Assembly (NCBI GenBank): GCA_002633005.1
Contig: NMRA01000218.1
Span: 436,658-500,657, forward strand
Source of the DNA: Phoronis australis
Lineage: Eukaryota > Animalia > Phoronida
DNA length: 64,000 nt
Reading direction: 5' to 3'
In this document: in pieces, positions 53,785 through 64,000 of the stretch
Layout of the letters: each line of letters opens with the position of its first letter
How positions within the stretch are numbered: position 1 is the first letter of the stretch
The notes under the pieces: generated by a model
The model's database searches: none
What the model was told of the DNA's origin: nothing
What the model saw: only the letters and a program-made list of their open reading frames with translations
Program-made: the position numbers and the translations under genes

Positions 53785-55422
53785 CAACTGTCCTCAAGCT
53801 GATACATGACAATGCAATAGTTGTACACCTTGTCTCTTGCTTTGTTGTTCATTTTTTTGCATTAGTGTAAACCAACCATGACTTTAAGATCATTTTGATT
53901 ATTCTATCGCTCATGACTGTCTCAATTATGTATGCTTAGACAATGAACATTATTTTATTCTTTGGGTGAATAATTAAATGCGAAAATTTTGTATATCAAA
54001 ACTTCTGGAACTTATTATAAAATGAATTTGCTGACATTGCAGAGGTGCCTGGCGCCATCTATTGGGGATTGGTCACTGACTAGCTTCCTTGAAAGTTTCC
54101 AGTCATCAGTCCGCAGTAAAAGGAGCCAGGCGGCTCCACAATATGGAGAAATTTATTTTATGGTACCCAGTTCCAGAAGGTTTGATTTATAATTTTGTCG
54201 CATTTTATTATGTATGTTTTATGTTTCAATTTCTGAAATCAAAATGTTATGGACAGTTCCCCTGATAATGACATGTCAGTGCCTGTTATGTCAGTTCATG
54301 GGGTGAAAGGGTGTTTATGGATGGTTTTGGTACTACATGGTTTGTAAATCATTAAACTCCACAGAAAGTATAATAGATTTAGAACATGTGTGCTCTGAGT
54401 GGAGTTCCTTGGAATGTTATTAGTTCTGATTCACCTTTTTGTTGTGTCTGTATCATTGATATATCTGAAGTTCAAGTTCTCTCAGCAACTACTAACGCCA
54501 CCTTCTGTTTGAGCCTGCAAGCTGTACACTTGCCTGGCAGCCCTTATTGTTTTGGGTGAATTACAACTTTCAAGTTCAAAATGTTTGTGTCCAGTCTTCA
54601 GCTACAAGAATTGTGTCTCTTTTACTCCGCTGACTTGTACTAATTTATCATACAAATGAGATATAACTGTTACTTGAGACCAACTTTATGGGGGTAACTG
54701 GTCAAATATCAAACGTTATTGTTTATAAGGTCAAAAAATAGCTCGAAGCTGTTAAGTCAAGGTTTCTAGTGCACATCACAATTCACAAATTTAGTTCTCC
54801 TGTTGCGCCATCAGTGGATCCAGCTGTGTTGCGTGTACATGTGTGTGATGCAATCTTTCTTCAAAATGACTCTTGAACCACCATCAATAGTTGCTAGGAA
54901 TTTCCATAAACAGACCCCATGGCCTATATTTGAACGATTTTTGCGATTACAGACCCTTGGGTCGTCTTTTGTAACCGCAATTGCGATTTCTCAAGCTTGT
55001 AGAGTTTCCTAAAATGGACAGTATCCGTCAAACTAAAACTATATTCATGTCATCAGTCATCAGCTCTGATTCGTTTTANTTAGTTCAAAATAAATCAAGT
55101 GCTTCGTCAATTGAAACGTTTCCACTAAAATTATGCTTCGAAACTTTTTTCTTAATGTGATATGTATTTATTCAGGAATATACCTTAGGTTTTGAAAACG
55201 TTGCATACTGCTCTTAATCACAGCGCAAAGCGTGATTTGTTTGCGTGCCTTGTTATATTTATTTCTCAAATGCATTGTTTTTTTAAACCTAAAAAGAGGC
55301 TCCATTTAAAACGGCAACTGCGTGTATAGAGTCTATACACTGAAAATGAGAGTCAACTAAATAATGACAAACCCAGAAATCACGAAGCATTATATTCGAG
55401 TTGTAGACAGTAAATAGATGAA

Positions 55423-55793
55423 AGTATGTTTATAAGTAAACTCAACTTACTCAGAGAACGGGGACTTAGGAGTTCGAACATTTCAAACCGTGCTCTACAG
55501 TTCTTTGTCAACGAATGGTAGGGGAGGCGTCCTGGTTTCCGGTCCTTCTGGTCTCTGGAAGTAGTATAGCGTCATTGATTGGCTTAAGTTGCAAAACTAA
55601 CAAGTCCACCGTGATCAAGGTTTGCAACTTAAGCAAGCCAATCTATGACGCTATACTAGTTCCAGAGAACAGAAGGACCGGAAACCAGGATGCCCCCTAT
55701 CATTCGTTGACAAAGAACTGTAGAGTACAGTTCGAAACGTTCGAACTTCTAAATCCCCGGTCTCTGAGTAAATTGATTTTACTTATAAACACA
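55423..55793. mobile_element. Second inverted pair of Penelope-like 3' ends (shorter)
   Basis: Same sequence as 52600-53112 with the central part deleted. Confidence 0.75.
55703..55745 (+). ncRNA. Minimal type I hammerhead ribozyme-like motif (U3-A8 variant)
   Basis: UUCG-UUGACAA-A-GAACUGUA gag UACAGUUC-GAAAC-GUU-CGAA. It has stem I, an 8-bp stem II, the core GAAA, and palindromic AACGUU in place of stem III. Confidence 0.6.
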
Positions 55794-56320
55794 CCTTCAC
55801 CGAGACCATGAAAAATCTTTTTTCAATAGACGAAAGTAGTGTATAAAGAACTATATAAATAGCATCTAGTATAAGTATTCTAATATTTAGATGTGCTAAT
55901 CATAAACATATAAAAAACAAACTTCAGGAAATGTTAACTCAGAAATGACTGATCACCAGGCACCAAAAGGTTTTGGTGCCCTTGAGGTCATTTTCAAGGT
56001 CACAACCAGAAAATCAAGTTTTGACTTTGGCGTATTTTAAGAACAAAGATTTGGATTTTGTTCCTATTTTGTACCAAAGCATTTGTGGGACAATTGTAGT
56101 CGCTGGTCAGTTCTGGTGTCCTTGACCTCATTTCCAATGTCTCAGTCAGAAATTTAAATGCTCTACTGGACAAATGCTTTTGACCTATGTATCCAATATG
56201 ATTTTGATTTTGGTCAGCATTAATCACTCAACTTTATTTTTGTCTAAATAGCTGATCCCCGCTAAAGACATGCCTTGTGAACTTAAACATGTCATTTTAA
56301 CGTGACGTAAACTTTTTCAG

Positions 56321-56464
56321 ACTCCAATAAAGGACTTTTCAATACCCATGAAATGCACAAATGATTGGTTCTCTGTTGACATGATCAAGGGAAAGCGAAA
56401 AGAAATCAAGAGCATACTCCAAAAACTACACAAGGAATCCCAACAAAGAGATAGATCATCATAA
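56321..56464 (+). CDS. Duplicate of the SENP6/7-like terminal exon
   Basis: Near-identical to 53641-53784, within block 55079-56594 that starts right after an N. It may be an allelic copy. Confidence 0.55.
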   Translation, partial: TPIKDFSIPMKCTNDWFSVDMIKGKRKEIKSILQKLHKESQQRDRSS

Positions 56465-56594
56465 CAACTGTCATCAAGCTGATACATGACAATGCAATAG
56501 TTGTACACCTTGTCACTTGCTTCTGTTCCAGATTTACGGCTCTGTTGTTCATTTTTTTGCATTAGTGTAAACCAACCATGACTTTAAGATCATT

Positions 56595-56805
56595 ATGCGC
56601 CCACATATTTATATGTGGACGCATTATGCCGTCATCTCTGTCCGTCCGTCCGTCCGGGCGGCGTCCGTCCGGCGTCCGCTGCTCTATCTCCAAAACCCTT
56701 TGACATACGTTCATGAAATTTGGCACATGTGTTCCATTCATGAATGGGACGACATGTGCGAACTTTCGGACGGATCCGACTACCGGTGTGCCCCCTAGTG
56801 GCAAT
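56595..56805 (+). mobile_element. Helentron/HINE-like non-autonomous element end
   Basis: A terminal hairpin ATGCGCCCACATA-ttta-TATGTGGACGCAT is followed by a (GTCC)n microsatellite. It is absent from the paralogous site at about 53894 and is cut by the N at 56806. Confidence 0.5.
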
Positions 56806-59800
56806 NTTTTCTCAATTTCTCATTTTATTTATTATTGGCAGATTTTCATGACCATTCTTGCCAAAGGAACACCAGGGGCTAGGGTCAAATCTTACTCAAA
56901 ATCAAAACTATTGTTCACTTTTTCTAATTGTGCTTTTGTGCAGGCCCCCGAAATGGATTTTTCTAAGTGCCCTGGGTGGTTATTAGGGCGAATACGGTAA
57001 TAGTGGAATATAACGTTCCTACATTTTGATAACCAGATTTCTCCACTAAATAAGGGGCATCATAATGGTCTACATGGATAACTTTCTAGTCCTAGTTTGC
57101 ACTTGATCACCCCAGAACTAAGGCTTTAAGTTAGTGTCTGAACTCCTAGTTTTGAATTTTTACTCAAGACCTTGAGATATTACTGGAGTTTGTAGCCTTG
57201 ATTTTAGTGGTCAGCTAAGAGCAAACTTGGACTTTAAGCTCATATAATTGTATAAACCGTAACATACTCAAGCACAGAGTATTAACCGCTTGTCTTGAGT
57301 TGGCGCAAAAGTAGAATAGAAAATGCCAAAAATAATCTAGATTTCATGTACAAAGATTAGACCCTGGCCCTAGAAGTGATCGTCTTGAAGGATCATAATG
57401 GTGAGAGATACTGTTAACATTTGATTTTTTGTTTTTGCTATTTGTGTCAGACATAATACATTTTTCTTCTAATCTAGTCACTCCATATTGTATTTGTGTA
57501 GATACTGCAAGGTATTATTACCATTTTTTATTGTGTTTCTGACTGAAACCAGGGAGGGGGAGTGGAGGTTTAAGGTTGGCTGTGCATGTATGTCTTGGCA
57601 AGAAGTGAATGCTAACATTTCAGTTGAGGTTTCCTGATCTTGTCCCTTTTGAAGTTTGCCATGTCAAGGGAAAGCCATACTTCTCACACTTTAATAGTTA
57701 CATTGAAATTNAATTGGCATAAAATAGAACACAGCTGATTGTAGTTTAACTTTATTCAATTACTACTTATTATTTAATCTCATAAATTATTCAATCTAAA
57801 TTTCTGTGCTATCATACAATAAGGCACATGTACACAGGACATTTATAACAAAATATGGAAGTTCACAGGATGAATGAGTCAAATGAGTTGTTGAGAGTAC
57901 CAGACATACAAACTTAACGAGTCCATGCTACCTTATGTATACCACATGTCTATGAAGAACAGAATTAGTGGCACATAATAGTCCTGAAAGACTGCAGACT
58001 GCCTAGCCAAATTTGTTGGTGTGTATAAGTCGTCACCTTTCCAATTACCTGCCCCGTGAACTCTCCTACAGACAACCCGTCTACACGCGGTTTGTAGGTA
58101 AGAGTCACTTTGAGTGGTCCCGGATTTTGAGAACCAGTTTGACGCCTGTTACTTAGTGGAGAAAACTGGTTCTCAAAATATAGGAGCTGTGTGCTGTTAC
58201 ATTTTTTGGGGACAACACAGATTCTTCAAAAGGTGTGGTCAGGCATAGATCAAATGAGCCCATAAATCATCACTCCGATAAGTTGTTTTTGTCAAGGTAC
58301 CGAGGCGGCGAATGAAGCGATGCACTTACTCATGAATAATGCATGCACACATGTCGAGTACTGGAATGTGGAGCAATATGAAACAAATTCATCAACTGAC
58401 TGTGCACTGCCAATCTTTTCTCCTAAACATAATTTGGAAAATACAGGAAACTACTCCAGCAAGTTCCGTCACAAAAATAAGTGATTGAGTATGATAACAC
58501 TTCCAAGGTGGGCACATCTTCATTCAACACTGGTGGTTGTTGTGTGTATCCTGGCTTGACGCTACCCTTAATCAAGCTTTGTTCAATGACACTTGAAGTT
58601 GATCGAAGGCATGGGCTAAGTACAATAAACTGTTCAAGGCCAGGTGTTACTAATAAACTTGCAACTACTTGATGCTGAACTGTACAGATTTAACTTCCGA
58701 CAAAACTTGTGAAAAAGCACTAAACGCACATGCAGCAATGAAAAGTTGATTAAAAATGGATTCATTTGGTAAACATTGACAAGCTATAAAATTTAATAAA
58801 TTGTGAAGGCAGGTACACATTGGACGCAAATACTGGGCGAATGTCAAGCGTACTACAATCTAGGACCTTTTGCTAACATCAGTCATACGTTTAAATTAGT
58901 TGCGGAACTCGGACACACAAATGCTACCCAAAATACCTTGTACGAATCTACAGTGAGGACATTGAAGTCCGAGATCGAAATTATTAGCAGACGACATAGT
59001 GACTGCACACCATCACATACTAAAATCTTAACAAAAAACAGAAACATCATTCTTGAAGTCTACTGTCAAAATAAGAGTATAACAAATAAAAATATGGTGC
59101 ACCTAAGAATTACATGGTAAATAAGGTATGCTTTCAATTATGCATTGACAAAGGGCCCCAATGAAAAAAAGGTGATACGCCTAGCTATAGAGTTAAAATG
59201 GCCGTAGGCACTTCACTGCGAATGCATGCTGTTTTTTCATGCAACGAAAAGTTGCAACTGACCTTAAATTGGTAATTTTTCACACTCAGACTCAACGATC
59301 AAATTCACAAGCCACTTTGATGGACTATTTGCAGGTTACGACAGTCTAAGCTAAGGTCAAACACATGACATTTGATCAAATGGGCCCCTGACAGTGGATA
59401 ATTGGTAATTTCAATGGCATGTGAGTCACTCCAAAGTAAACAAAATAAATATTAGTAACCAGATGATATTAATGCATTCTTATTCTTTATAGGAGTCCAT
59501 CAAAGACATTCTGTTTGGAAACTTCAACATTTTGACTTGTTGTAATAAGGATGCGAGGTAGATTTTCATGCAACCAATTATGCTATCAATGAAAACTGAT
59601 GAAACCAAATTAAAGTTAAGTAAATTCTTGAACTGTTCTCATAGACCGAGCAGAAAAGTTGATTTGTCGATTCTGGTTTCATTGACTGGTGGAACCAAGT
59701 CAAGAAAAAGTTGTGTGCTCAAAGTCTAAAAGTCACTCCCCTAGGGCTACTGTAAACACTTGCGTTTGAACAATGCAGCATTCAGTCTGAGTGGCACAAT

Positions 59801-59907
59801 GACAAAACCAAGCTCTTTTAACTCAACTGCAAGATAAAATATCCTGATGTTGGCTTTGAGATCAAACCTTAACCCCAATTCTGACAATTACATGAACCAC
59901 ACCCAAC

Positions 59908-60079
59908 CTAGTACCTATACCCGTAGTAGTCTTCGTAGCGGAAGGCCTCGGCGCGTCTTATAGCCAAAACCAACGCCTGTGACTTACGCGATCGCCGTGC
60001 AGCCAGTCGTGTGATTCTGGCTTTTGCCTTCTGCTCTTTCTCGGCTTCAAGCTTTTCTTGTCTCTTTCTTTTTAACCAG
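59908..60079 (-). CDS. CCDC181: CCDC181 terminal exon
   Basis: Phase matches the previous exon (GC+C). WLKRKRQE...RLAARRSRKSQ...AFRYEDYYGYRY* resembles the CCDC181 C-terminus (FRFTDHY in vertebrates). Confidence 0.8.
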
Positions 60080-61075
60080 CTAAAATGAAACAACGAAGTA
60101 GATTATTGCATTGTAATGAAAATAAGTGCAACTCAGTAGGTGTAGACACTTTTTATGTTTTGGTTATAACCTAAAAATAACTGATCACCATATTGACATT
60201 TCCCTGGCAAAGTAAACTTAAAAAAACTAGAGTAAACAGTGTTAAAAATATTTTGTGCCTTCTATAAAGTTTACTACGTAAGCTAGACACATTTCAGAAA
60301 ATGATAAATAACGTGGAAAATAAATCTGAAACTAAATAAGGCGATCCAGATCCTCCCAAGGATACTATTGTTTCATGAAATGTAGAATATCAATATGTCA
60401 ATTGTCATATAGTGTTTGATTTTACTTTATTTCTGTTTTTGTTGACAAAGGAAGTTATTACATCCGAAAATTTCAAATTTCAGTTGATCCATTCTTGTTG
60501 TTTTATTTACCCATTGATATTCTACAGAAAATGATAAAGCATTTAAACGTGCTTAACCAATAAAATCAGGACCAGTTGTTATAGTACATATTACATTCAT
60601 TCAGGTGACGAGACATATAAATTCAATTCGGGGAAAAATAGGTTGATCATTGTCTCTCCCTGATATTGGTAAATTTAGCGAAATCACTTACTGAGAGACT
60701 AAACTGAAAGATGGTAGCAGACATTGGCCATTGGACATTCTGTCTCTTTTGCCTCTGCCAAGATCATTGGGAAGGAATAGAACTATCAAAATCAGGATCC
60801 AGTGCCCAATTTTGAACCGGTGGTGTTCATTTATCTCCCTTCTACAGTGACATCCTTATCAAGCATATGGCAGGAAATACTCCAGATACTTCAGACGTGG
60901 CCTGGCAGACGAGGCAGAAACGTCTGCTACCATCCATCCATTTTAATTATCCAAGTAAGTGATTTCGTTATATTTACCATATAAAGTGAAATATTTCAGC
61001 AAATAATTCACGTATCAAAATTCAAATACGTTTAGATAGTGTGCAGCATATACACAAATGTGGAAGCTGACATAC

Positions 61076-61230
61076 GCTTTAAACGCTCGCTCATTTTCTT
61101 CACGAGGCCGTATTATCTGCGCCTCTAACTCCTCTCGCCTTCGCTGTTCCTCAAGAAATCGACGCTCGCGATCCTGTTTGGCTTTAAATGCCTTCCAGTT
61201 GTTGAACGCCGTTTCATTATCCTTTACCTC
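61076..61230 (-). CDS. CCDC181: CCDC181 penultimate exon
   Basis: Phase-0 acceptor caacag. Reads EVKDNETAFNNWK...ENERAFKA. Donor GC|GTATG. Confidence 0.8.
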
Positions 61231-61573
61231 CTGTTGAAAAGTTTGGTTGAAAATAAGAAATAAAATGCAAAAGCTTGACAAGGCCTAGTAAAATTGACCT
61301 GAACAAATCATTCTTAATGGTCAAAATACCTGGTTTATCAAAGATCGTAATGCAAAAGCCTAAGATTTACGATCAACAGGCACACGCTTCTCACGGGTGC
61401 ACATGAATTACACCGTCAGGTTTATGTCAGTCGCAACATTTTACTCTACGGTTTTGCATTTGCAATGTCAACGACCAAAGTTACGACCGGGCCTTGAATT
61501 TTATAGGAATTACCAAACTTCATTATAGCAAACCCCAAAAGACTATGGATATGGCAAGCACTTCAGTTCTCAC

Positions 61574-62715
61574 CTTGGTACCCCCATTCGACTGTGTCTC
61601 CTTATCTTCCTGTCGCCTCCTCACAGCCTCTTCACGCTTCTTCTTCAGCCAGAACTCAAATGCGTCGTTATTCTCCTTCCTCTTCTTGTCCTCTTCTTCC
61701 TTCTTCCTTTCCTTTTCCGCCTTCTCCCGCTCTCTCCGCGTGTGCTCCCTCTGCTTCTTCAGATCCCACTGCTCCGAAGTTATTCCATACGGAGACGACT
61801 TGACCTCATACTCGTTTCTGCTTGCCTGAACTGATGAAGAGCGTGGTGGCGTTGTGCTCGCCTGCTTTCGTCGGCCATTACTTGCTGTTGCAGTGCTTGG
61901 CCGTGGTTTGCTTGGAGGGTGAGGATCGTGGCTGCCCGTACTTGTAACACTACCGGCATCACTCCCCCGTGGTGACGGGGTGGGCTCGGACATACTACCA
62001 TCTAATGTCTTATCCTTCTCCATAGCCTCCAACTCCTTGGCACTGACATACTCAAATTTACCATTCACCTCAACAAGCACCTTTTCATCACTGCCGTTGG
62101 CAGTCGTATCGACATTACTAGCAGATGTATCACCACCACTGGCAGACGAATCACCATGGGAGGCAGACGTATCACCGCCATTGTCAGAAACATCGAGATT
62201 GTCTTGTTTTTGTTCATTGTCTGCTGTACTCTGTGACTCCACTCCGGCATTTTCTGGCTTTTCAGCTAGCTGATGTGACTCCCTGCTTTCATTTGCATTT
62301 TGTACCTTTGTTGTTCCTTGCAGGTCATTGTTATCACTGGAAGACTGATCGACCGACAGCCTCCGTTCCTGGTTATCAACTTGTGTTTTAGGGTCTGCAT
62401 CTACTGCCTCCACATTTGCACTAGTTTCACTGGCGCCAGTTTGAGATTCTGTTGCAGAACTGTCATTCAGAGTTAAGTTATTCATGCCCAAATTGTCTGA
62501 GTCACTCTCAGCAGGAGCACCGTTTTCCCTCGGTGTTTGTTCGCTATCAGTTTGTCCATCCATCGGTTCTTCCTCAGGTGGTATTTCGATGACCAAGTCC
62601 TCCTTGAATCCAACAGTTCGCCTACGATCGCTATTAACAGGTGTGGGGTCCTCAGCTAGTTCCTGGTTTAACTGCTTAATTCGCTCCGTCACGTCGTAAG
62701 GTGGTGGTTCCTCTT
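61574..62715 (-). CDS. CCDC181: Coiled-coil domain-containing protein 181, large internal exon
   Basis: ttcag acceptor at 62716 and GTGAG donor at 61573. Contains VLVEVNGKFEYVS and ENNDAFEFWLKKKREE. 5' exons were not identified. Confidence 0.8.
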
Positions 62716-64000
62716 CTGAAAAAATAATATTAAAAGGTTTTATTAGAAACTGAATGACATAACAGCTAAAGCAGCCATAAACCTGTCAAACAAAACTTGC
62801 AACAAAAATTGACCTTAACTTATTCCTTAATACTAAGATAAGAGGTGGACGCTGGGCTTGCAAAGACCTTGCATTTTGTTATTCTGTGAGACATTAGGTT
62901 CCATACAAAATTGAAGTCATCCTGCGACAAGCCACAGAGCCTCAGCTTCAAGCAACAAATTGAACAAATCGTCAACAGTTCCAATTGTGGAAATTACATC
63001 AACTGGGTAATTTTTTGGCCTAAATCAAAACTTGTTTTTTATGGAAGGGGGTTGTAAACCATTTTAAAGGTCCATGCATCACTAAGTTGAATTGAATGAA
63101 GATAGGAGCTGCAAATTTTTGCTCAAAGCAAGCCAGGAACTTAATTCGATTTATTCTTTTCTGTAATTAATGTTCACTCCATTGCCGTACTAAAAACAAA
63201 ATTAAGGGTTCCACCCCGAAACAGCAGCAAAAACGTTTCATGGTTCTCAAATGTGGCCCTAATATAGCACTTACAAAAATGTAGCAAAAACCCAGCATGC
63301 CAAAAAGTGATATAGGTTAAGTTTGAAACAAAAGTCCCGTTTAGACATCAACTTTTGGCCCAGTGCAAGTGACCCGAGTAAAGCGACCGTTTACACACAC
63401 AACTCACTAACTGTGGCAAGACGGAAATTGCAGGCTGGAGAGACTGGATCGCACATGAGCATGTTAACAAATGACGAAAGTTGCAAAAACAAAGAACCCG
63501 TATGTATAGGTCATTAGGCAAGCACAGTAGAGACGATCCTTTCCGACTTGCCCCAGTTTCGCGTTTAGACATATAATTGACACGGAGCAAGATGTTCGGG
63601 CGCAAATTGCTCAACCTCACAAACGGGTGGCAAAAGTTGTCAAAGCGGTGTCAGTTTGCTCCGTGTCAGTCCCGTTCACACAGCTAGAACAACTCGTTCC
63701 GTGTCAGCTCACATCCGTGACAACTTTTGAAGTGTAAACGGCACTAAATAAAGCACAGATCTCACGTCGAAGTTCAAGTCAATGGTATACTAATCAAAAC
63801 TCAAAACATGGAGCTTGGAATGAGCCTGTAATATTAGGGTAACTCACACCTATACCTGTCCAGTATCAAACGAACACCTGGGCTATCTTGGGCTGCATAC
63901 AAAGGTGTTAGCAATGCGTCCTCTATGAGAACATTTCAACAACACAAATGTGACTTACACTTAATAAACACCAACATAACAGGGTAATAAATCCATTAGT

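Noticed and set aside
61494-62699. Plus-strand ORFs overlapping CCDC181
   Set aside because: Antisense shadows of a low-complexity coding exon.

Overview
This is AT-rich, intron-containing animal (probably invertebrate) genomic DNA from a gapped assembly with single-N joins. Most short ORFs in the track are noise, and the real genes appear only after splicing. The main contents are: (1) an intact two-coding-exon, 199-aa secreted AID/APOBEC-like zinc deaminase (SNAD-like; signal peptide, HAE...SPCKSC) on the minus strand, whose intron holds a Kolobok-like element with a nested hAT element (5-bp TSD); (2) a multi-exon SGNH-esterase-like gene or pseudogene interrupted by an antisense Hero-type non-LTR fragment; (3) two tandem derivatives of a large Mutator-like transposon with an unusual domain order (Ulp1-like protease, GATA-like finger, DDE transposase, SWIM, C2H2, PHD), one of which lost the transposase core but keeps a 1062-codon ORF; (4) an orphan Cys-loop receptor M3 exon; (5) the last two exons of a SENP6/7-like gene, with inverted Penelope ends carrying U3-A8 variant hammerhead-like motifs in the last intron; (6) the 3' exons of CCDC181. 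There are also satellites, MITEs and several N-flanked duplications that may be uncollapsed haplotypes. All calls come from manual motif and splice-site reading; no database searches were run.
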